Assembly: GCA_964016885.1 (NCBI GenBank)
Contig: OZ024741.1
Span: 159,774,001-159,838,000 of the forward strand
Direction: 5' to 3'
Length of the DNA: 64,000 nt
Origin: Eledone cirrhosa
Taxonomy: Eukaryota
In this document: one piece after another, positions 1-11,056 of the stretch
Numbering within the stretch: position 1 is the first letter of the stretch
Layout: the number at the start of each line of letters is the position of its first letter
Notes under the pieces: model-generated
What the model was told of the DNA's origin: nothing
Database searches by the model: none
What the model saw: the letters and a program-made list of their open reading frames with translations, nothing else
Translations under genes and position numbers: made by a program

Positions 1-182
1 ATCTCCGCTTCAGAGTTAAGAACAAAGTAAATAAATACAATACAGAGGTAATAGAAATTAAATAAATACATACACGCATACAAATACGTACATACACAAG
101 CATACGCGAAAACACTTACCATAGGTATACAAAACCACGCACATATAAATATGTGTGTGTGTGTGTGTGTATGCGTGTATAC

Positions 183-306
<124 letters not shown>

Positions 307-738
307 GCAATGGATGTAAAGTTATATACAAATCAAAGTAAAAAGTAGAAATGGAAACACCATGGAAGTATATTTAAAGAATCTTTTTTTCTTCTTTAGT
401 CTGACAAAGTGAGAAAATATTTTATAAAATATATAAAAAATATTACCGATTTCGTTGTAATTCATCTTATCAAATATTAAATATTAAAATTTAAATTTAA
501 TAATCAAAGTACTCAAATACTAAAAAGTACTAAAAATATTTAGTAAAAATATACAATTTATTAACACCTTCCACGTCAAAATGCTTCATCTTCGATTTTC
601 GTTCACCTCTTCCCTCTTGTCACTCCGGTCAACGCTGTATTTCCTTTTACATTCATTTGAATAAATTACTATAATTTATTCAGCATTTTCTTTAATAATT
701 ATAAAACATACATCCAATAAACTACGATGGCTTTCTTG

Positions 739-1253
739 TACCTACCTACCTACCTACCTACCTACCTACCTACCTACCTACCTACCTACCTACCTACCTA
801 CCTACCTACCTACCTACCTACCTACCTACCGACCTACTTACCTACCTACCTACCTACCTACCTACCTACCTACCTACCTACCTACCTACCTACCTACCTA
901 CCTACCTACCTACCTACCTACCTACCTACCTACCTACCTACCTACCTACCTACCTACCTACCTACCTACTTACCTACCTACCTACCTACCTACCTACCTA
1001 CCTACCTACATACATACCTACCTACCTACCTACATACATACCTACCTACCTTCCTACCTACCTACATAACTACCTACCTACCTACCTACCTACCTACCTA
1101 CCTACCTACCTACCTACCTACCTACCTACCTACTTACCTACCTACCTACCTACCTACCTTCCTACCTACCTACATAACTACCTACCTACCTACCTACCTA
1201 CCTACCTACCTACCTACCTACCTACCTACCTATCTACCTACCTATCTACCTAC
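739..1253. repeat. (CTAC)n tetranucleotide microsatellite
   Basis: ~515 bp of CTAC units; explains the LPTY-repeat ORF. Confidence 0.97.
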
Positions 1254-1460
1254 CGTAGAGGCGGACGAACTGACCAGGCTGTTCGGTAGGACCTTCCGCC
1301 CGGGACCAATGGACAACTTCCAAAAGTCCCTGGCCTGGCAGTGCTACCGACGAGCTCTACCAGTTCGAGACAAGCTCTACAGACACGGGCGCCCGGGTAG
1401 GGACCCTTCGAAAAAGATCTGTCCGAGATGCGTGTGCGACGGTTTCCTCGTCGCGCACGT
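1254..1460 (+). mobile_element. Fragment of Tx1/L1-clade LINE ORF2 (zf-RVT region)
   Basis: Encodes [33 protein letters not shown]...KKICPRC, near-identical to the reverse complement of ~24520-24710. Confidence 0.9.
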
Positions 1461-1797
1461 GACAAAGAAGATGCAAAATTGGATTTCAAAGATGAAATGT
1501 GTTGAAATGTTGCTGCAAAACTTCACTCTTGCGAACTGCCAGAATTTTGAGAAGGTACACATGTAGAAGTTGATGAGGAACTGCAGGACCCTTGTTATGA
1601 CCTGTTCCTTCAGGGTAATTTTGACGACAGAAGATCAGTCTGTGTATGAAAAGAAATAATAATAACATAATAATAACATAGAAATAATAATAACATAATA
1701 ATAATATCTAAAATGTGTATCGTGACAAGAAATGCTTTTCGTAATAACAGAATTAATAACCAGAATTAATGCCAGAATTAATAACAGAACACACTCA

Positions 1798-1862
<65 letters not shown>

Positions 1863-2064
1863 AGTTAAAACAATGAAATAAAAAATCAAGTCATTAGAGA
1901 TATACTTCAATGCTTTACGATCGTTTCTAGATGATGATAATACATTGTAGCTATACTCCGTTATTGATCCATGTAAGGTTAGTTACAAAATATCAGATAA
2001 AGAGAATATTTACTTACATGCATATCACCAGCTGTTTTCAAAAGCAAATATATATATATATATA

Positions 2065-2260
2065 TAGGAAAATGTATGAACCCGACGGCAGAGCTCAAGC
2101 CGTTTCGACGGCTATTTCTGAGTCCAAAAATAGCCGTCGAAACGGCTTGAGCTCTGCCGTCGCGGTCATACCTTTTCCTATTACCCACTCTACTACCCTA
2201 AGTATTGAGTACTCTGGTGCGTTATGGTCTATTTGGTTCCTTACCACAATTCCTTCGTTA
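2065..2260 (+). mobile_element. Penelope-like pLTR family A copy with inverted 5' duplication
   Basis: Inverted arms ~2065-2118/2127-2180. Same sequence recurs at 8655-9022, 10203-10281(-), 19758-19846, 27445-27650, 27862-28053. Confidence 0.7.
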
Positions 2261-2600
2261 TATATATATATATATATACAAAACTACCCCAACAAATGAA
2301 TGATGAAACAATTTTATATAGTACCGTGTGCAAAGACTGAAAGCAAGGTGGACAGGTCAATCTCTCGCTACTAAAAATAGCAGCCGTTCATATGACCAAA
2401 GGTTTTTCTACCGTTGGGGAGAATAATAATAAAAGTATGTGTTCCTGCATGTAAATAATACACATAGGGATACAAGTATAGTCCGACCGTATGCAAGTGT
2501 GGTTCAATGGCAAGTTAATAAATTAACAAAATCAAGGAAAAGCAAATAAAGAAAAAGTGTTTAAATAAATTTCAAAAAATTCACTGTACTTACTATATGT

Positions 2601-2682
2601 GCCTTTACCGCGGTTTCAGATCCCAAAACAAATAGATAATCCAAGCGGGTTTCCATTGAGAAAGAGATCCTCGTCAGAAGTC
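2601..2682 (-). ncRNA. Minimal type-I hammerhead ribozyme (inverted copy, one stem I mismatch)
   Basis: gactt-CTGACGA-ggatct...ggatct-GAAAC CGCG GTA-aaggc on the minus strand. Confidence 0.7.
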
Positions 2683-2958
2683 TTTTCTCTCTCGGAGAAT
2701 ATAAGATTCCCGAGTTCAAAATACAAACTGGCGCCATACAAAACTTCCCCAACAAATGAATGATGAAACAATTTTGTCTAGTACCGTGTGCAAAGACTGA
2801 AAGCAAGGTGGACAGATCAATCTCTCGCTACTAAAAATAGCAGCCGTTCAAATGACCTTGCTTTCAGTCTTTGCACACCATTCATTTGTTGGGGCAGTTT
2901 TGTATGGCGCCAGTTTTTATTTTGAACTCGGGAATCTTATATTCTCCGAGAGAGAAAA

Positions 2959-3040
2959 GCCTTCTGACGAGGATCTCTTTCTTAATGGAAACCCGCTTGG
3001 ATTATCTATTTGTTTTGGGATCTGAAACCGCGGTAAAGGC
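2959..3040 (+). ncRNA. Minimal type-I hammerhead ribozyme
   Basis: Stem I gcctt/aaggc, CTGACGA core, stem II ggatct/ggatct closing a long insert, GAAA, palindromic ACCGCGGT stem III, GUA cleavage triplet (after 3035). Confidence 0.8.
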
Positions 3041-3102
3041 ACATATAGTAAGTACAGTGAGTTTTTTGAAATTTATTTAAACATTTTTTCTTTATTTCCT
3101 TG

Positions 3103-3201
<99 letters not shown>

Positions 3202-3369
3202 CGAGAGGGGGAGAGAGAAAGAGAACAAGGGGAGGGGGAGAATTTTAAAGACTATTTCAAAACAAATTCAGTGATATCTACGAAAACGTGAGCTTCGACA
3301 ATGTGGAGCACGCGAAGGACTGTATTATCTTGCCTATCAGTACATATTTTGGAAACCCACTATTTTTAT

Positions 3370-3990
3370 GTGTGGTTGCAACATGACCGAATGTAATCAT
3401 TAGGTCGCAGATTCGATACCTCTACGTATCATCTAGGGTAGCTGTTATTTACCATAGCTCTGGGTCGATCCTTACGTTCTGAGAGAAATTAGGTAGCTGT
3501 AATGCAAAGAGCTACCTTTGTCAAACTATAGCACGCTGAGCCTCCTTGAAAATTACGTTAAGGGTACATGTGACTGTGAAATTCTCAGCCACTTAGATGG
3601 TTGCTCTGTTGGTCGAGCACTTGGAACACTGATCGTCGAAACTGTCCGGTTGGATAAAATACTTAGCAGTATTTGTTCCATATCTACTTTCAGAGTTCAA
3701 ATCTCACCGAGGTCAACTTTGCCACTCATCATTCTGATGATAATATAAAGGACCAGTGAATTACTGGGGTTGATAAGATAGGTCGATCCCCCAACCCAAT
3801 ATCTCAGATTGCAATCCTATTAGAAATCGTGCCCTGGCTCTCTACATTCGGATTTTAAATCTTAGTGAGGTTAACATTGCCATCGATGGTTCCAAGGTCA
3901 ATACAATGAAGTACCAGTGAAATACTGGATCGATATAATTCACTATTTCATCCATCAAATGTTCTTGTCGTGTGCTTATGTAAAGAAATC
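3370..3990 (+). mobile_element. Cluster of old, diverged tRNA-derived SINE copies
   Basis: B-box-like gagttcaaatct plus body accgaggtcaactttgcc/gtaccagtga shared with younger copies; 3518-3650 matches the reverse complement of 21685-21860. Confidence 0.6.
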
Positions 3991-4179
3991 AAGAATATTA
4001 TGAAGTAGTGTATGTGTTTGTAGGTGAATGTATGTGTATGAAGGTGAGTAGTTGTGCATATGTGTGTACGTGTATGTATGTTTGTATATATGTGAGTGCG
4101 CCAGTCTGTGTGTGCGAACACGTGTGTGTTTGTTTGTGTGCATATCTATGTATGTGCGTTTCTGCCTGAGTCTGTGTGC

Positions 4180-4244
<65 letters not shown>

Positions 4245-4476
4245 GTGTGTGTGTGAGTGTGTGTGTATGTGTGGATGTGTGTATATATAAATATATGCGT
4301 GTGTGTGTTGGGGAGGTGTTGTTTATTAGATCTGACACGGGTAGTCAGGTGTCAAACGACTTGTTTTAGCACAGCTGTCAAAGGAAACAGAACCGAGGAA
4401 GGTGTGCAAAAAGATTCCAGTGTTTTTCTTTTCATAAAACACCATAAATTAATAAATATATAAAAAATATACGTAC

Positions 4477-4510
<34 letters not shown>

Positions 4511-4657
4511 GCATATAAACGCACATATGTGTGTGTATCTGTGTTTGTTATACACCATAAAAATGTTACATAATATCTATATCTATCTATCTATATGTAT
4601 ATATATGTGTATATATATGTATATATATATATGTATGTATGTATGTATATATATATA

Positions 4658-4742
<85 letters not shown>

Positions 4743-5110
4743 ATAAAACATACATTTATAGACATGTTTTCTTGCATTTGTTGTTGAGCTTTAACTTTGA
4801 AGTTTCTTAAATTTGCTCAATTTTCTTGTAAACATGAAATAATAGTTTGGTAGGTTTTGGGGATTTTACGGCTGCTTTTTGTCTGATTCTTGCCTCTTTA
4901 ATCCTTCTACTTCTGTTGAACTATATCTCTTTCCTCTCGCAAACATATTCATACGCATATACGCATATACACACGCATATACACATATACACAAGTATAC
5001 ACATATATATACCCGTCTCTCCGGTCTCCTCTCGCACGTCGATATATATAAATATTCAAAGACACATAGGCACACGAACACATACACACACGTACGGACC
5101 CCTCCCCCCG

Positions 5111-5179
<69 letters not shown>

Positions 5180-5289
5180 CAGATATAGCTAGCTACCTAT
5201 ATAGTTAGGTATGCAAATATATATATATATACATATACATACATGTATACATGCATATATATGTATAAATGCATCTCTCTAAACATGTA

Positions 5290-5417
<128 letters not shown>

Positions 5418-5525
5418 AATATATATATGTATATATATATATATATATAATATAATATTTATATATATGCACACACATTTATACAAATATACATAGATAC
5501 ACATATGTACACACAAAGTCTCTCC

Positions 5526-5607
<82 letters not shown>

Positions 5608-5671
5608 CATACACAGCTTCCAATTCTTACATCAACAATTTATTGAAATCTTTAGGGAGGAATTTACTCAC

Positions 5672-5717
5672 GTTATCCAAAGTCTTCATAATTGGTGTCA
5701 AAACATCTAACCTGCTT
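5672..5717 (-). CDS. Candidate micro-exon (SRLDVLTPIMKTLDN)
   Basis: Acceptor tttgtccctag, donor GTGAGT, open frame; unique island between repeats. Confidence 0.35.
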
Positions 5718-5789
5718 CTAGGGACAAACATTATTTACAGCTGTTCTGTTACTACTTCTTCATCTCATTGCTCTTACTGCTCATATTGT

Positions 5790-7375
5790 CGTGGTGTGGT
5801 GGTGGTGGTGGTCGTGCTGGTGGTGCTGGTGGTGGTTTTTCAGCTTGTTTTTTTTTTTACTGTTGTTGTTACTGTTGTCGTGGTGTTGTTAGTGGTGGTG
5901 ATGGTAATGGGTGTTGTAGTGGTGGTGGTGGTGGTGATGGGGGTTGTAGTGGTGGTGGTGGTGGTGGTGGTGGTGGTGATGGGGGTTGTAGTGGTGTTGG
6001 TGGTGGTGGTGGTGCTGGTGGTGGTGGTGGTGTGTTGGTGGTTCTTCAGCTTGTTTTTTTTTTACTATTGTTGTTACTGTTGTTGTGGTGTTGTTAGTGG
6101 TGGTGATGGTGATGGGGGTTGTAGTGGTGGAGGTGGTGGTGATGGGGATTGTAGTGGTGGTGATGGTGATGGGGGTTGTAGTGGTGGTGGTGATGTAGTG
6201 GCGGTGGTGGTGTAGTGGTGGTGGTGGTGTAGCGGTGGTGGTGGTGTGTTGGTGGTTCTTCAGCTTGTTTTTTTACTGTTGTTGTTACTGTTGTGGTGTT
6301 GGTGGTGATGGTGATGGGGGTTGTAGTGGTGGTGGTGGTGTAGTGGTGGTGGTGGTGTAGCGGTGGTGGTGGTGATGTGTTGGTGGTTCTTCAGCTTGTT
6401 TTTTTACTGTCGTTGTTACTGTTGTGGTGTTGGTAGTGGTGGTGATGGTGATGGGGGTTGTGGTGGTGGTGGTGGTGTAGTGGTGGTATAGCGGTGGTGG
6501 TGGTGATGTGTTGGTGGTTCTTCAGCTTGTTTTTTTACTGTCGTTGTTACTGTTGTGGTGTTGGTAGTGGTAGTGATGGTGATGGGGGTTGTAGTGGTGG
6601 TGGTGGTGTAGTGGTGGTGGTGATGGGGGTTGTAGTGGTGGTGGTGGTGTAGTGGTGGTGGTGATGGGGGTTGTAGTGGTGGTGTAGTGGTGATGGTGAT
6701 GGGGGTTGTAGTGGTGGTGTAGTGGTGATGGTGATGGGGGTTGTAGTGGTGGTGGTGGTGTAGTGGTGGTGGTGATGGGGGTTGTAGTGGTGGTGGTGTA
6801 GTGGTCGTGGTGGTGATGGTGGGGGTTGTAGTGTTGTTGGTGGTGGTGTAGTGGTGGTGTGGTGGTGGTGTTGTGGTGTCGTTGTTGGTGGTGGTGGTGG
6901 TGATGGGGGTTGTAGTGGTGGTGGTGGTGATGGCGGTTGTAGTGGTGGTGGTGGTGGTGATGGGGGTTGTAGTGGTGGTGGTGGTGGTGTGTTGGTGGTT
7001 CTTCAGCTTGTTTTTTTTACTGTTATTGTTACTGTTGTGGTGTTGGTGGTGGTGGTGGTGATTGGGGTTGTAGTGGTGGTGGTGGTGGTGTAGTGGTGGT
7101 GTAGTGGTGGTGGTGGTGTGTTCGTGGTTCTTCAGCTTGTTTTTTTTTACTGTTGTTGTTACTGTTGTGGTGTCGTTGTTGTTGTTGTTGTTGTTGGTGG
7201 TGGTGGTGTAGTGGTGGTGGTGTAGTGGTGGTGGTGGTGTAGTGGTGGTGGTGGTGGAGTGTGTAGTTGTGGTGGTGGTGTAGTGGTGGTGGCGGTGATG
7301 GTGGTGTGTTGGTGGTTCTTCAGCTTGGTTTTTTTACTGTTGTTGTTACTGTTGTGGTGTCGTTGTTGGTGGTTG
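5790..7375. repeat. Degenerate (GGT)n-based minisatellite
   Basis: GGT/GTA/GTT triplets with a recurring higher-order unit gtgttggtggttcttcagcttgttttttttactgttg. Confidence 0.9.
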
Positions 7376-7432
7376 TATAAAATAAAATAAAGATGGCGTA
7401 GATATACAATACAACATGAGGAACATAATAGC

Positions 7433-7474
7433 ACCACTGACGATGTTGCAAATGTGCAACGAAAGAACTTTGTT
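7433..7474 (+). ncRNA. Degenerate minimal hammerhead ribozyme
   Basis: CTGACGA-t-gttgca(aatg)tgcaac-GAAAGAACTT; stem I weak. Downstream 7490-7690 recurs at ~43800-43995. Confidence 0.5.
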
Positions 7475-7766
7475 AAGACTATATATATGTGTTTATATCT
7501 ATATTATATCTGTATTTTTGACCGTTGGTCAGTCAATGGTAAACATTGAGGACCGAATGAATTAAATTAACCGATATAAAAGACACAGAAGCGAAAACCA
7601 ACCAAACAGTGAGTGTGTTCTGTTATTAATTCTGGCAATATTATTACAACAATATGACTCTCCCCAAGTATAACAATATTTGATATCATATCAAAAACCT
7701 CGCAAAACAAATTCATCGGTGTTATATATATATGTGTGTGTGTGTGAGTGTGTGTGTGTGTATGTA

Positions 7767-8160
7767 CGAGGGTAATCCCAAAAGTAAGGTCTCCAAAGCG
7801 ATAGGGACGCAGAGAAACTGTTCGTACGGCTGTTGGCAACACTGTTGTGATTGGTGCTTCCTTCACTCCCAATCAAGCATACGCGCACTTCGTTGGGATG
7901 CTCAGTCTTGGCTTAGCAGCCGTTGAGAATGGAGCTCCCGTTGAACACTACCGCCAAGTGCGAATTTCGCGCAGTTATTATATATGAGGGCAATCCCAAA
8001 AGTAAGGTCTCCTTCCGAGGAAAACAAACGTAAAGATAGGCGGATCACTCTGGATTCTCTTTGCATTTTGGTACCTGAGGTTTCCCGAAGCACCATCCAA
8101 AGGATTTTAACGGAAAAGTTGCAATATCGGAAGCAGACCTTACTTTTGGGATTGCCCTCG
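7767..8160 (+). mobile_element. Internally deleted mariner-type (Tc1/mariner) remnants with three TIR copies
   Basis: TIR cgagggtaatcccaaaagtaaggtct at 7767 and 7985, inverted copy ending 8160, TA flanks; peptides AKCEFRAVI and DRRITLDSL...STIQRILTEKLQYRK resemble the mariner N-terminus/HTH. Confidence 0.85.
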
Positions 8161-8233
8161 TATATATATGTATATATATATATACATGTAAAAGAAATCA
8201 AAGAACGCCTACATACTCATACAATTTTTATTT

Positions 8234-8278
8234 GCTGACAATGTTTCATCCATACCATTGGGAAGGAATCATCAGAGC
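8234..8278 (-). ncRNA. Minimal type-I hammerhead ribozyme
   Basis: gct-CTGATGA-ttcc...ggat-GAAAC ATT GTC-agc, followed by AATAAA. Confidence 0.65.
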
Positions 8279-8654
8279 TTTATAAACAAAAATACAGTGC
8301 TGAGTATAAGGTCTACCGAGCTTAGTCACATGAACATTAGAAATACAATAGAGGGCAACAAGAGGGAGATCGTGAATGGCGAGTATGGAGAGAGTGCATA
8401 GTGGGGTTGTTACTCAGCACTACAGCTAAATGCAATGGTACAGGCAGATATTTTCACAAGATGCAGAAGCACGTGAGGGCACATAAAGGCAAAAAGTATA
8501 AACAATAGTTAAAACATATAATAAAAAGTAAAAGTAAAATAATAATATAAAGATATAAAAAAAAATATAAAAAAATTAAAAAAGAAAAAAGAAAAAGTTT
8601 TAAAGCACACAAAAAAACAGAGGAAGCTATGCGTTGGTCACTATATATATAATT

Positions 8655-9022
8655 AGTTCAGAAATAGCCGTCGAAACGGCTTGAGCTCTGCCGTCGGGGT
8701 CATACCTTTTCCTATTACCCACTCTACTACGCTAAGTACTCTGGTGCGTTATGGTCCATCTGGTTCCTTACCACAATTCCTTAGTTATTTAACTCCTATC
8801 TCCGTAGTAGAGCACTTTCCGACCCTACCACGCCATACCAGACTTTTCCACCCAGCTCAAGTTTATTCACCCGCACCATGCGAAAAAAAAACATCGACTT
8901 CTCCACCAAGAACATCCCAGTTCCACCAAGAAAACTTTAACTTCGGATGCTTTTCCTCTAGTCCAGAAATAGCCGTCGAAACGGCTTGAGCTCTGCCGTC
9001 GGGGTCATACCTTTTCCTATTT
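8655..9022 (+). mobile_element. Penelope-like element 5' region: pLTR + ORF start + partial tandem pLTR
   Basis: Family A pLTR, then ATG 8878 MRKKNIDFSTKNIPVPPRKL*LRML (S-x-KNIP motif recalled from PLE ORF N-termini), then a second pLTR start at ~8959. Confidence 0.7.
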
Positions 9023-9059
9023 ATATATATATATATATGTGTGTATGTGTGTGTGTATA

Positions 9060-9260
9060 CGAAAGGTCAACAAGCAAAAAAACACTGGAGTGATATATAT
9101 TAGTTTAACTCTTGATATAGTAGGAAAAAAAGACTACGTTTCAACCATTATCCCTTCGTCTGAAGATCGAATGAAATAATTAGGAAGACAGACGAGAGTA
9201 AAAGAGAGAGAGAGAGAGAAAAAAACGGGAAGAATATTTTTCCACGTGGAAAGCAAGAGT
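9060..9260 (-). mobile_element. Repeat family with a decayed hammerhead; second copy at ~63440-63600(+)
   Basis: Shared gaaacgt...tttcctactatatcaag..taaact; cores CAGACGA (9155-9162) and ATGATGA (63502) are each mutated. Confidence 0.5.
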
Positions 9261-9286
9261 GTAGTTAATCAGCCAATACATACATA

Positions 9287-9913
9287 ATGGCTGCCCCCTC
9301 GTTTTCGAGTATGGCCATTGCATGATATAACATTATTAATAATTATTAATTAATTCTATCGTGCAATGCCTGTGCATGAAGATATTTTTTAAAGTGAGGA
9401 AAGACTGTGCACTGAGCCAATCCCACTCTCCGAGCGACAGTAGCTATAACTCGAAAACAAGAAAAGATCAACATCATCGGTAACTACTGAGCCGCAGGTT
9501 TTATATCGGAGTTACCCAGTTTCCTGAGTTGCCTTCTCCTAGAAGAATGCCCTGACAAAGGCTAGGGGTCCTTCACTCCCAGTGGTTTAACCTCGCGATC
9601 GGGTGTCCAGCCCGACTATTTCTATGTCCCCGCGCATATACATACACATGCTCCCATATATATATACACATATACATATACATACATATGTACATTTGTA
9701 TATACATATTTACACACTTTTGGATGGTCGTTGACTTTTATGAGTTCTTCCGCCCTTTGTCAGGTCTTGTTTTTTGTTCTGCAGGGTGTCCAAAATCACC
9801 CTCCTCACCAAGTAAACTTGGTGGGGTTGCCGGTTTAGTCGCCGATGACCCGACCACGCCACAGGTTGTACTGGGTTACATGTTACCAGTAACACTCAAG
9901 AGTGACCCGACAT
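9287..9913 (-). mobile_element. Non-autonomous RTE-related element in a (CATA)n tract
   Basis: Reverse-complement match to 58773-59285; RTE-like 5'UTR motifs (ctaggagaaggcaactc, gtcaacggccatcc); (TATG)n flanks. Confidence 0.65.
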
Positions 9914-9997
9914 ACATACGTACATACATGCATACTTGCATACATACATACATATATATACACTCATCTTTTTCCATTTCTTAGGGGATTATAAATC

Positions 9998-10031
<34 letters not shown>

Positions 10032-10277
10032 TGGAAATAGCGAACGAGTTTGAAATTAGAAATGGAAGCTTTCGCCGTATTTTTTACGTATATGGAGTGA
10101 AAGATAAACATTATTTAATTGAATATATATATTGATGGATATGCACATACGACTCGTATAGATTCACAACGATATATATATATTGTCATATATATATATA
10201 TGACAAAGAAAGTGTGGTAAGAGACCAGGTGGACCATAACGCACCAGAGTACTCAATACTTAGGGTAGTAGAGTGGG

Positions 10278-10323
<46 letters not shown>

Positions 10324-10372
10324 AGGATGAATATAAAATGAAAGTGCTTTTGTTAAAAAAGGAATTTATTAG

Positions 10373-10490
10373 GTATTGACATATGTTTCTGTAACAGACC
10401 GAATACCTATGTATCGCTGCTTGCGTAATCATATAATGTTAGCAAGTATTCGATAGCAAATGTATAATCAGTTGTCACTTCTTCAGAGAT
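10373..10490 (-). ncRNA. Hammerhead-like motif with ~85-nt stem II, stem I decayed
   Basis: CTGAAGA-a-gtgaca...tgttac-a-GAAAC ATAT GTC; internal gaatac/gtattc stem; AATAAA downstream. Confidence 0.5.
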
Positions 10491-10544
10491 TTTGGATAAA
10501 CTCTAACGTAACGATATATTATCACTACATTATTGATAACCTGA

Positions 10545-10585
<41 letters not shown>

Positions 10586-10613
10586 ATCAAAAGATGGTTA
10601 AAGGAGTTCCATG

Positions 10614-10684
10614 TATTTTATTATGCGCATTTCAAAAACAAACATCATCATGCAATAATATTTGTGTTTTCATCAGATAAAACA
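10614..10684 (-). ncRNA. Minimal type-I hammerhead ribozyme (left palindrome arm)
   Basis: Exact reverse complement of 10786-10856. Confidence 0.8.
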
Positions 10685-10785
10685 GGAGAACATGATATGA
10701 AGGCTAAAAAACACTTGTGGATAGTGCAGTTTTAAATCAACTGCACTATCCACAAGTGTTTTTTAGCCTTCATATCATGTTCTCC

Positions 10786-10856
10786 TGTTTTATCTGATGA
10801 AAACACAAATATTATTGCATGATGATGTTTGTTTTTGAAATGCGCATAATAAAATA
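10786..10856 (+). ncRNA. Minimal type-I hammerhead ribozyme (right palindrome arm)
   Basis: Stem I ttttat/ataaaa, CTGATGA, long stem II (acaaata/tgtttgt), GAAA, palindromic ATGCGCAT, AUA triplet (after 10848). Confidence 0.8.
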
Positions 10857-10979
10857 CATGGAACTCCTTTAACCATCTTTTGATCTTATATATTATGTAT
10901 ACTCCAGTCCTACAAACTGTAGAGTGCTTCTTATCCGATATCTGCATTGCTTTATTGTACTACAATAAAACTCACCTCC

Positions 10980-11053
<74 letters not shown>

Positions 11054-11056
<3 letters not shown>

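Larger units (their letters stand above)
2279..3108. mobile_element. Penelope-like element remnant (family B) with direct and inverted duplications
   Basis: 2281-2397 is repeated directly at 2741-2856; ~2526-2807 is inverted at ~2856-3108; a hammerhead motif lies in both arms. Confidence 0.7.
10577..10893. repeat. Perfect 155-bp-arm palindrome (7-nt spacer)
   Basis: 10577-10731 is the reverse complement of 10739-10893. Confidence 0.95.

Noticed and set aside
727-1566. 279-aa LPTY-repeat ORF
   Set aside because: (CTAC)n microsatellite fused by chance to a LINE fragment
5505-7437. Gly-rich or Val-rich ORFs resembling structural proteins
   Set aside because: Translations of a degenerate (GGT)n minisatellite with frame-breaking poly-T runs
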